A DNA stretch of 27,199 bases, from contig JAUWKS010000043.1 in assembly GCA_030614005.1 (NCBI GenBank), positions 1-27,199 on the forward strand. The letters run 5' to 3'. The translations under genes were made by a program, and so were the position numbers. Positions 18,757 to 27,104 of the stretch are shown piece after piece. The notes below the pieces were generated by a model. It saw nothing but the letters and a program-made list of their open reading frames with translations, was not told the origin of the DNA and did not search any database. Each line of letters opens with the position of its first letter. The stretch's first letter is position 1. Origin of the DNA: Candidatus Heimdallarchaeota archaeon (lineage in GTDB: Archaea; Asgardarchaeota; Heimdallarchaeia; JABLTI01).

Positions 18757-21066
18757 ATGAAAAAAAGTAAATTAATAGCAATTTGTTTTTTCATTTTGTT
18801 TACTTTTCCAATAATCTTTAATGTTTATGCAACAAATATCGCTACCTTTGAATTAACGCCACAAAAAAGAGCTACCTATGATCCATTTGTAGAGGTTAAT
18901 GCTGCATTAGACAGAAATGGAAATAAAATTGATGATCAATTAGAACAAATTGTTTCAAAAGGTTTTACTAGCACCTATTATGATACCATCGTTACTTTTG
19001 ATGAACCTGTAAATGAAGCGATAATCAAAAGTATCAAAGCAGTTGGAGGAGAAGTCCTTTCAACTTGGACTTTAATAAATGGTGCAGCAGTTAGGATAAA
19101 ATCGACAGATCTTACAGCACTATCAACAATAGCTGAAGTAAGTTTTGTTGCAAGAAATGCTCGTACTTGTGCAAAGCTAAGTACTAGTGTTCCACAAATC
19201 AATGTTCGTCCATATGTTTGGGATACACTGGGTTACGAAGGTGATTCAGGTACTACAATAGCCATTCTTGATACTGGAGTTGATGATAGTCATTCTGACC
19301 TTTCAGGCAAAGTTTCCTATTGGAAGGATTTCATTGGTGCTGATGTTAGCACTCCTGGTGATGAATATGTAACTGCAACAGATGAAAATGGTCATGGAAC
19401 TCATTGTTCAAGTATAGCTGCAGGTAGTGGTGCAGCTGGTGGTACTGCTTCAACTGTAGAAGTAACAGGTACACTTGGTGTTCCTGAAGCTCTACCTGGT
19501 GGCAGTGGCTATGTTGTTTATATTGAAGTTGAGTCTACAGGTTCAGTGACTGTTGATTTCACTTGGGAAGAAGAACCGGGTCCATCAAGTCCAACAGACA
19601 CTCTTTTTGTAATGATTGATGTTGATAATAATGGTGCATTTGATGATGCTTATGTCACTGTAGATTATAATAACCAGCCTGGTTCAATTACTACTGGGTC
19701 ATTAAGCCCTGGTTTTTATCCTATGTTAATTGGTGCACATGTAGATAGCGAAATTGATCGCTGTGCAATTATCTATACAATAACAAGACCTGCTTCATCA
19801 ACAGCAGATGGTAATAACAAATATCGTGGTGTTGCTCCAGGTTGTGATGTTGTTGGCTTGAAAGTGCTCGACGATTCTGGTTATGGTACTAGTGTCATAT
19901 TATTGGATGCACTAAATTGGATAAGTGCAAATGGTTTGACATATAACATCGATGTAATTAGTATGTCTCTAGGATTAGATTCCATTCTTTCAGCAGTTGA
20001 TACTGCAGTAAATAACCTAGTTGGATTAGGGTATGTATGTGTTGTTGCAGCAGGAAATGGTTTTACAGATGGAATAACTATTAATTCTCCTGGTACAGCA
20101 GAAAAAGCAATTACTGTAGGTGCAATTGATGATGTAGATAAAATTGCTATCTACTCCTCAAATGGTGTTTCTGGCAGTGGAAAACCTGATATAGTAGCTC
20201 CTGGAGGAGCATATCAATACTTCGCATCAACAGATGAAGATACTCATCCTATTATTGCTGCAGATTCTAATGATGCAGATGTAATAGAAATAGGAAATAC
20301 AGCTACTCCTACGTATTGGGAAACAGATGTTAATTCAAATGACTACGCAGGTTATCAAGGAACAAGTATGGCAACACCTCACATTGCGGGTTTAGTTGCT
20401 CTACTAATAGATGCAATGGGTGCCGATTGGACTCACTCAGAAGCTGATGTTCTTGCAATTAAGAATTATCTTTGTGGCACTGCTACGGAAGTAACCTACG
20501 GTGAAGAACTGACTGTTTATTATAATGAACCCTCTCTAAATAGAGGCGATGCTGATTTAGTCGAAGGTTTTGGCAAAGTGCATGGTGATGCTGCAATCGA
20601 AGCATTTCTATCAACATACACTGCTGGTAATACCGTCACAGAAACTCTAAGTAATTCTCCAACTGGTGTTCAAAGTTGGGCAAGAAAAGTTAATCTTGTT
20701 GGTGGAATCGAATTTACAGCAGGTATTGATATGGATGGAACCGCAGACTATGACCTTTATCTCTATGATCCTGCTCAAGATATGAGTCAATATCTTGGTT
20801 ATTTAGCATCAAGCACTTCTGCTGGCACAGGTTTACCTGAGAATATTCTCTATACCCCCTCATCTGATATGACTGCTTACATCGTTATAAAACGAGTTTC
20901 AGGATCCGGTTCATTTACCTTACAGGCTGAAGCAACCAACGTTGGAACATCTACATCAAGTGGTGGCTTTACTTTTCCATTTGGAATATCTACATTGGCT
21001 TGGATTGCTTTAGGAACTCTAGGATTAGCAAGTGTAACATTTGCTTTTAGAAAACTAAGAAAATAA
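18757..21066 (+). CDS. Secreted, C-terminally anchored S8 (subtilisin-like) serine peptidase
   Basis: Signal peptide and I9-like prodomain. Catalytic triad in AILDTG / HGTHCSS / GTSMATPH, oxyanion motif AAGN. PPC-like domain 'DYDLYLYD', then a Ser/Thr linker, a TM helix and the basic tail RKLRK. Confidence 0.93.
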   Translation: MKKSKLIAICFFILFTFPIIFNVYATNIATFELTPQKRATYDPFVEVNAALDRNGNKIDDQLEQIVSKGFTSTYYDTIVTFDEPVNEAIIKSIKAVGGEVLSTWTLINGAAVRIKSTDLTALSTIAEVSFVARNARTCAKLSTSVPQINVRPYVWDTLGYEGDSGTTIAILDTGVDDSHSDLSGKVSYWKDFIGADVSTPGDEYVTATDENGHGTHCSSIAAGSGAAGGTASTVEVTGTLGVPEALPGGSGYVVYIEVESTGSVTVDFTWEEEPGPSSPTDTLFVMIDVDNNGAFDDAYVTVDYNNQPGSITTGSLSPGFYPMLIGAHVDSEIDRCAIIYTITRPASSTADGNNKYRGVAPGCDVVGLKVLDDSGYGTSVILLDALNWISANGLTYNIDVISMSLGLDSILSAVDTAVNNLVGLGYVCVVAAGNGFTDGITINSPGTAEKAITVGAIDDVDKIAIYSSNGVSGSGKPDIVAPGGAYQYFASTDEDTHPIIAADSNDADVIEIGNTATPTYWETDVNSNDYAGYQGTSMATPHIAGLVALLIDAMGADWTHSEADVLAIKNYLCGTATEVTYGEELTVYYNEPSLNRGDADLVEGFGKVHGDAAIEAFLSTYTAGNTVTETLSNSPTGVQSWARKVNLVGGIEFTAGIDMDGTADYDLYLYDPAQDMSQYLGYLASSTSAGTGLPENILYTPSSDMTAYIVIKRVSGSGSFTLQAEATNVGTSTSSGGFTFPFGISTLAWIALGTLGLASVTFAFRKLRK

Positions 21067-21087
21067 TCGTAGAAATTTATTGAAGGA

Positions 21088-21112
21088 TTTTTCCTTCTTT
21101 TCTCTTTTTCTT
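21088..21112 (+). terminator. Pyrimidine/T-rich terminator after the peptidase
   Basis: TTTTTCCTTCTTTTCTCTTTTTCTT begins 22 nt after the stop codon. Confidence 0.45.
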
Positions 21113-21404
21113 ACAAGACCATTTTTTCTCATATTACCAACTTTCTTTTATTGTAAACAATATTTCAGACTAATGTCAACTATCATTAAAAGATGAAACG
21201 CCCTAAGTGAATGAATACTTTCGGTTAACTCCATTGATATTATTATTTAAATTAAGAGAAATAGTAGAATCATTTAGCAATGAAGAAAGAAAAGAAGAAT
21301 TGGGTTTAGGGGCCTAATTAGGAATTCATCTAATGAAAAGGCAGCTTCATTAGGGTATAGTTCCCATTAATCTAAGAATATCTGCTCGTTATGGGGTATA
21401 AATA

Positions 21405-24392
21405 ATGGATAACAAAGTAACACTCTTCCAAAAGATAACGCTCGATAATCTAATGTTACATGAATTTACTGAAGTTGACCTTGCTAAAGAGTCAATTACA
21501 TTGATAACTGGTGCGAATGGTTCTGGAAAAACGCAGATATTGGATGGGATTATTATTTGCATTGGGCACATTCCTACTCGAGCAAAGGCTAAAGGGATAG
21601 GCAGTTTGGTTGGGAAAAATGGCAAACATGCGAAAGTAACCCTTGAATTAGCAAATCCAATAATAAACTCTCGTAGAGCAATTACTACTATGGATAAAGA
21701 CCTGAATGCAGTAATTAATTCTGATCGTTTCAAAATAAATGCAAAAATATCTAGAAATGACAGTTCGATAATTTATTCATTAAACAACTCGCGAACAATT
21801 ATTAGAGGACGTTTGGTCTCTAGAAGAGATATTAGACGAATTTTCGAATCAATTGGTGTTCGAGGAGACAATCGATTAGCATTTACAGGAGAAGGCACAG
21901 TAGATGAGTTTGCTTCAAAAAGCGCTAAACGAAAATTGGATGTTTTATTAGATGTTACCGGACTTAAACAATACAGAGAAGAAGTAATAGCTTCTCAAGA
22001 CTCTCTTAGAGCAAGCATTCAGGAAATTGAGCCTTTAAAGCGAAAGTTGGAGACAGAAGGAAAGCTCCTCAATCTATGGAATGATGCTTTGAATATTCTA
22101 AAACAAAAAAAGAAACTAATGATAATGAAAACTAATCTGCAAAATGAAATGGCTTGGTCATATGTTATACGATTAGAAAAAAGAGTAGAGGGATTAAATA
22201 AAGAACGGGTAAAAATTCTAAAACAAAGAAGCGATAATGAAACCGCCATTCAAAAGAAGGATGAAGAGACCCTCGTTCTTAGACGAAAATTAAATTCGTT
22301 AGATGATGAATTAAATTCTTTTGAAGAACAGCAAAGAGTAAAAAATAGACGAGTAATAACTCTTGAGACCCAGCTAGAAAATGACAAAGATAATATTGCT
22401 AGTTTTCAAAAGGAAATTGCAAGATATTCTGAGCAAAAACAACAAATGGAGGCTCTATTAGCAAATAAGGATTTGAGTGCCAAGGATCTTAAAATTCAAG
22501 ATAAGCAAGAAGCTCTCGCAGTTAAATTAAAGAAACTTTCAATCCTGCAAGAGAAATGTTCGAAAGCCGAAAATGCATTAAGACTTTTACGAAAGCAAAT
22601 TATTGATGAACCAGAATTTGATTCATTTACCTCTAATGAGGAAGTTTTCGAGGGGAAAAGATTAACCAAATATGAAAATGAAATGGTTCACGCTTCACAA
22701 ATTTTCCGGCAAAAAGTAAAGCAGATATCAAAATCAGATGAAATTGCTGGACCCATAATTTCTCTAATTAAGATAAAAGATGGGCATAAATCTTGGGAAA
22801 AGGCGGTAAAAACAATCATTGGGCGTAACCTCTATGCATTTATTGCCAAAACAGATGATGCTTATAGGTTAGCAAAACGGATTTATGACGAAACTTGGCC
22901 TCGATGGAAGCCACCATTATCAGTATACAAAGTATCTGCAGAAGATGCAAAAAGAGCTTCCATTACAATAAAGAAACCCGAGTTTAAGGAAATTTATAAC
23001 ATAGCTGCCAACCTGATAGATGGTGATCCATATGCAATTGGATTTTTGAAACGAACAACGAGAAATGCATTAGCTGAAGATAAATACGATCCAAATAGTT
23101 TAACTGGTATTGCAAAGATAATTAAAACTAATATTTTAACTAAATCAGGTAAAAGTTATTACCTATATCACGGTGGTTTCGGAAGACCGCCCGTGCCAAT
23201 TAATAATCCATTAGGATATCAATTAAAACCACAAACTGGCAAAACCAGAATTTCGTTTTCAAATGAAAGAAAAATAAGAGTAGAAATCGCAAAATTAGAA
23301 AAAGAAAGGAGAGACCTAAAATTCGATGAAATTCAAACAATGGGTGCGATTTCAAAATTACATCAAGAAGTTCAAGCGTTAGGATTGCCTGATGAAAAGA
23401 TAATTGGTAAAATTGAAACAATAAATGAAATGATTGCTAATATTGAAGCAAAAGTTGCTGAATTTAAATCGCATTATACTCAACTAGATTCTGAATTGAG
23501 TATTGCTACTACTGCATATACCTCTTTCAAAAACTCCAAGGGAGAAATTACACAAAGAATCAATGAAATTGAGGAGACAATCGATTTACTAAGAATCGAA
23601 CAACATAGCTTAAAAGAAAAAGGGTCGAGGTTGTTAACTCTCGAACTTAGCTATGATGCAGAATATGATGAATTTATTGACGAGAAAAAAGAACGAGAAG
23701 AAACCGCCAAGAGAAAGGGAGAACGCCCTGAAGAAATTAGAAACTATTCGGATATTAGAGATGAGCTCAATAGAATAGAGGGACATCTTGAGTCAATCGG
23801 TATAAGTAATGTCGATGAAGATAAAATTGAAGATCAAAAAACAAAGGTTGAATCTCTTAAAAAATATATGACTGAAAGAGAGGTACATATAACTCGATTG
23901 CGTGCTGATTTAGAGGCAAGATTGGCCTTCTGGAATGGTGAATTGCAAGAGATAATAACTAATATCTCAAGAGCTATGAAGTTACTTCTTGGAGGAATTT
24001 TTGATAAGGTTCGTTTGAAAGTAACAAATATCAATAAACCAGATGAAGCTGGATTATACATTGAAGCAATTACAAAGGGAGACGATTTTAGGGACTTCCG
24101 TGAATTAAGTGGTGGAGAAAAAGTGCTTGCAATAGAAGGCTTAATTCTAGCTATGCATACTCTCACCGATTCACCAATTCATGCAATTGATGAATTTACA
24201 CAAAGATTAGATGAGAAAAATAAAGCACTAGCTTTTAGTATTGCAATAAGGACACAAAAATTAGCCAATGAAAACTCTCGTTTTATACCACAATTTATGC
24301 TTTTATGTCCAGAAGCTATTGATGTTAAGCTCTCGGAAAGTATACATCATGTGGTTGTTTCAGAAATGAAGGTGATGAACGTTGAACACTGA
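21405..24392 (+). CDS. SMC-family ATPase, SMC5/6-related type
   Basis: Walker A GANGSGKT, long coiled coils, and a central globular hinge ('IAGPIISLIKIKDGHKSWEKAVKTIIGRNLYAFI'). Signature LSGGEK, Walker B/D-loop 'SPIHAIDEFTQRLD', terminal strand 'QFMLLCP'. No central CxxC zinc hook. Confidence 0.9.
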   Translation: MDNKVTLFQKITLDNLMLHEFTEVDLAKESITLITGANGSGKTQILDGIIICIGHIPTRAKAKGIGSLVGKNGKHAKVTLELANPIINSRRAITTMDKDLNAVINSDRFKINAKISRNDSSIIYSLNNSRTIIRGRLVSRRDIRRIFESIGVRGDNRLAFTGEGTVDEFASKSAKRKLDVLLDVTGLKQYREEVIASQDSLRASIQEIEPLKRKLETEGKLLNLWNDALNILKQKKKLMIMKTNLQNEMAWSYVIRLEKRVEGLNKERVKILKQRSDNETAIQKKDEETLVLRRKLNSLDDELNSFEEQQRVKNRRVITLETQLENDKDNIASFQKEIARYSEQKQQMEALLANKDLSAKDLKIQDKQEALAVKLKKLSILQEKCSKAENALRLLRKQIIDEPEFDSFTSNEEVFEGKRLTKYENEMVHASQIFRQKVKQISKSDEIAGPIISLIKIKDGHKSWEKAVKTIIGRNLYAFIAKTDDAYRLAKRIYDETWPRWKPPLSVYKVSAEDAKRASITIKKPEFKEIYNIAANLIDGDPYAIGFLKRTTRNALAEDKYDPNSLTGIAKIIKTNILTKSGKSYYLYHGGFGRPPVPINNPLGYQLKPQTGKTRISFSNERKIRVEIAKLEKERRDLKFDEIQTMGAISKLHQEVQALGLPDEKIIGKIETINEMIANIEAKVAEFKSHYTQLDSELSIATTAYTSFKNSKGEITQRINEIEETIDLLRIEQHSLKEKGSRLLTLELSYDAEYDEFIDEKKEREETAKRKGERPEEIRNYSDIRDELNRIEGHLESIGISNVDEDKIEDQKTKVESLKKYMTEREVHITRLRADLEARLAFWNGELQEIITNISRAMKLLLGGIFDKVRLKVTNINKPDEAGLYIEAITKGDDFRDFRELSGGEKVLAIEGLILAMHTLTDSPIHAIDEFTQRLDEKNKALAFSIAIRTQKLANENSRFIPQFMLLCPEAIDVKLSESIHHVVVSEMKVMNVEH

Positions 24393-25287
24393 AGATGATA
24401 CTAATAATATTGAATTTATAATAGAGTCAAATTCAGGTGAATCTTCAACAGATGATGCTAAAAAAGGAGAAAATATCTCAGAACCAAAGGTCAAAGATAA
24501 ATCTAAATCTTCAAAGAAAAAAGTATCTTCAGTGTCTAATATAGAGAAAAAATTATGGAATGTCGCTAAAAAATACAAGTCGTTTTTCGATAAAGATGAA
24601 GTTCCTCAAATTGCTGAAAGTGAAGAAGATCGCCAAGAAGTATCTAATGCATATATGAAAATATCAACAAAACGTCATAGACAGTTGGATTCACGCGTTT
24701 ATCAATCTCTAACAAAAATGCAAAGGACACGAGATGCTAAAGTCGCTTTAGAAGGAACGACTGAAAAAGATAGATTACGAATGATTGCTTGGGAAGTGAA
24801 GATTCGTCTACAACCAATTATTTTTGCTGTAGGCGATAGCACAATAGAAATGGATATTTTTAACCTTCATAAGACCGGAGCCGATGTTCGAATTATTGAG
24901 GGCACCAGTCAAGAATTACTGATTGAAGATAATATCCTTGATGAGAACAGCATTGCAATAATTGATGACTTGCCCCTCAGAAAATTGACTAAAGACAAGA
25001 AAGCAAAACTGAAAAAGGAGATCATTGAGAAATTTGGTGGAAAGATTTTCTCAAAAGATGATTTTAATAGAAAACTTACCAGTCTTTATGCTGATTTGAT
25101 TTCCTTGATGGTGCGAGAAAAACAAATTATACTTGTAAAACAGCAAGATAATCGATTCAAGTTTATAACCGTAGAACAAGACGGAGATGTTGACTTTGAA
25201 CATTTAGAAAGTCAATCGCTCGTAATTACACCAAAAATGGTGCAGCTACAGAGTGTAGTTATGAGAAGAAGGAGTAAGAAGCTATGA
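24382..25287 (+). CDS. Putative kleisin (ScpA/Nse4-like) subunit
   Basis: TTG start after AGGTGA, overlapping the SMC stop by 11 nt. Charged, disordered-looking N-terminus. C-terminal 'LTSLYADLISLMVREKQIILVKQQDNRFKFITV' resembles the kleisin C-terminal winged helix. The ORF is secure; the kleisin call is an inference. Confidence 0.55.
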   Translation: MNTEDDTNNIEFIIESNSGESSTDDAKKGENISEPKVKDKSKSSKKKVSSVSNIEKKLWNVAKKYKSFFDKDEVPQIAESEEDRQEVSNAYMKISTKRHRQLDSRVYQSLTKMQRTRDAKVALEGTTEKDRLRMIAWEVKIRLQPIIFAVGDSTIEMDIFNLHKTGADVRIIEGTSQELLIEDNILDENSIAIIDDLPLRKLTKDKKAKLKKEIIEKFGGKIFSKDDFNRKLTSLYADLISLMVREKQIILVKQQDNRFKFITVEQDGDVDFEHLESQSLVITPKMVQLQSVVMRRRSKKL

Positions 25288-25913
25288 TTGATAACAGGCT
25301 AGAAGATTACGACGAAGCAGTGGAAAACACCAGAGGCTCTTCCGAAGTAGAAGAAAAATTAGCAGAAGATTTTGGAGAAATGGATCCACAGTTATTTGTA
25401 GCATTATCTTCGCGTTGGAGAAGAGAAAATGGAGCCCTTGCTTTTGGTATAGAGAAAAGACAATTGCGCAATAAGACAGGTTTATCATTGATGGAACTTG
25501 AAACACTGCTTGAAGATTTTGGTAAAAAAGTAAAAAGAATAGGATTGGAACTAATTTCATATGTTGAGAATAATCAAGAATGGTATTGTTTACGGTCGAT
25601 ATTTGTCGTTCCAAATGAATTGTCATTAGATGAACAAGCAGTTTTAGGAACAATCATTTTCTTAATAGAGAAAAAAACTGATCACCGAAGAAGGGAAGAA
25701 ACACCAATTACTTCAACAGAATTAATTGAAAGATTGGTAAAAAGAGGATACTACTCTGAATATACATTAACGAAAATCTTACGTAGATTAGATAATTCTG
25801 GTTATGTCCGAAGAGGGGGAAACAAAATACGCTACGGTGCTAGAACAAAGATTGAGATTTCTTCTGAAAGGCGGAAAGAAATAGCTGATAGAACAGAAGG
25901 TATGCTCCTATAA
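25284..25913 (+). CDS. Tandem winged-helix KITE protein (Nse1/Nse3-MAGE-like)
   Basis: ATGA overlap with the upstream gene. 'LLEDFGKKVKRIGLELI' matches WH-A, 'LSLDEQAVLGTIIFLI' and 'ILRRLDNSGYV' match WH-B, and 'IRYGARTKIEI' matches the Nse1/MAGE C-terminal G-x-R-x-x-x-E motif. Confidence 0.7.
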   Translation: MIDNRLEDYDEAVENTRGSSEVEEKLAEDFGEMDPQLFVALSSRWRRENGALAFGIEKRQLRNKTGLSLMELETLLEDFGKKVKRIGLELISYVENNQEWYCLRSIFVVPNELSLDEQAVLGTIIFLIEKKTDHRRREETPITSTELIERLVKRGYYSEYTLTKILRRLDNSGYVRRGGNKIRYGARTKIEISSERRKEIADRTEGMLL

Positions 25914-25933
25914 TTCAATGAGGTGAAGATGAT

Positions 25934-26422
25934 ATGGCCGTTGTAACTACTACTACTGTTTCGGTTAGATGTGCAGGACACAATGGTAGAGCCACGCTAA
26001 AAGAAGCTGTAGAAGCAGGTTGGAGAATGTGCAGAGTCTGTAGGTCATTTATCTGTCCAAAATGTATCGAAGAGTTTGATTTAAAAATGAATGGCACTTG
26101 TCCATCTTTTATTTTCGGAATGGATCAACACCAGCTTAGTCCAGGACCTATTCCAGTTGAAGAAGTAATCCTATTTGCAGAATCAAACAAACAAGAAGGA
26201 ATAACCGGTGGATTGTTAGAAGCACTCTTCTTTGAAGATGAACAAATGGGTTTTATGCCTTTTTATGCTACTATTGAGAAGAAAAAAGAGGAAGAAGAAG
26301 AGGAGGAAGATGAATTAAGTTTAGAGCCTCCAAAAATACAAGAAGAAATGTGGTCCTCTTTCGGATTTGTGATGACTAAAAGAAGACGAGGCAAATTCAT
26401 TACTTGGGAGAAAATTGGTTAA
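25934..26422 (+). CDS. RING-like zinc-finger protein with acidic tail (putative E3 ligase)
   Basis: GAGGTGA RBS. Ligand pattern C13-x2-H16-x16-C33-x2-C36-x4-C41-x2-C44-x11-C56(P)-x9-H66, followed by an E7-D-E tract and C-terminal KRRRGK. Confidence 0.65.
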   Translation: MAVVTTTTVSVRCAGHNGRATLKEAVEAGWRMCRVCRSFICPKCIEEFDLKMNGTCPSFIFGMDQHQLSPGPIPVEEVILFAESNKQEGITGGLLEALFFEDEQMGFMPFYATIEKKKEEEEEEEDELSLEPPKIQEEMWSSFGFVMTKRRRGKFITWEKIG

Positions 26423-26456
26423 GGAATTTTAGAAATTAACAACAGGTGGAATACAG

Positions 26457-27092
26457 GTGACAGAAAAAAAACAAAAACAGAAAAAACTACTTTCCGAATT
26501 ACTTGGTGAAGTTGCACCTGAGGAAAAACCTTCCGAAAAAATTGAAGAAGAATCTCGGTCTGTTGACACTGAAGAGGTTGCAGAGGAAATTCTAGAGGAA
26601 TATCCACTAAATGAGATCTATCCTGTATATATTCTACATAGAGTCGTTTATGAAACAATAGTTATGTGTAAGAAAGCCATTCCAAATGAAGCAATTGGAA
26701 TTCTCTTAGGATATAAGATGCAATACAAAGGAAAGAATTACGTCAAAGTAGTTGATTGGGTCACAGGCAAAGCAAACCAAAGTCAGGTATTTGCAGAATT
26801 TACACCTGAGGGCGTAAGACAATACACTACGTTAATTGATGAAAGATACGGTGAAAGTGAAAATCGTCCAAGAATTGTGGGTATAATTCATTCCCATCCA
26901 TTTGGGTCTAATCCACATTTTTCAGGAACAGATTATAATACATTTCTGAATTTTCCTTATGATGCAGAGCACAATGTATTCGTTCTAGTAGATCCAAAAT
27001 CTGGCTACTACAAGACATATATGGTACTAACTAATGAAGAAAAACAAAAGGATTTGATTGAAGTAAACTGGGTTGAATATACAGCACGATAA
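26457..27092 (+). CDS. JAB/MPN+ (JAMM) metallo-isopeptidase
   Basis: 'PNEAIGILLG' supplies the catalytic Glu, 'VGIIHSHPFGSNPHFSGTDYNTF' supplies HxH..S..D, and 'VFVLVDP' follows. GTG start after AGGTGG. Confidence 0.9.
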   Translation: MTEKKQKQKKLLSELLGEVAPEEKPSEKIEEESRSVDTEEVAEEILEEYPLNEIYPVYILHRVVYETIVMCKKAIPNEAIGILLGYKMQYKGKNYVKVVDWVTGKANQSQVFAEFTPEGVRQYTTLIDERYGESENRPRIVGIIHSHPFGSNPHFSGTDYNTFLNFPYDAEHNVFVLVDPKSGYYKTYMVLTNEEKQKDLIEVNWVEYTAR

Positions 27093-27104
27093 AGAGGTGA
27101 AAAA

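Noticed and set aside
21306-21337. Cluster of short palindromes upstream of the SMC gene (TTAGG-GG-CCTAA, CCTAATTAGG, TTCAT-CTA-ATGAA)
   Set aside because: The stems are only 5 bp and not repeated elsewhere, so this is compatible with chance in AT-rich DNA. It is not supportable as an operator or loading site.
21405-24392. Rad50/SbcC interpretation of the coiled-coil ATPase
   Set aside because: There is no central CxxC zinc hook and no adjacent Mre11/SbcD nuclease, and a globular hinge-like segment is present.
824-26658. Other short antisense or overlapping ORFs (e.g. 824-1012, 1485-1709, 1683-1874, 2568-2933, 5898-6101, 8629-8835, 10745-11044, 11698-11883, 12718-13116, 13559-13819, 15358-15576, 15963-16205, 17282-18205 set, 18978-19202, 21389-24578 set, 25282-25653, 25915-26097, 26419-26658)
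   Set aside because: They overlap well-supported genes on the other strand or frame, have no recognisable motifs or RBS, and are the expected shadows of AT-rich coding DNA.
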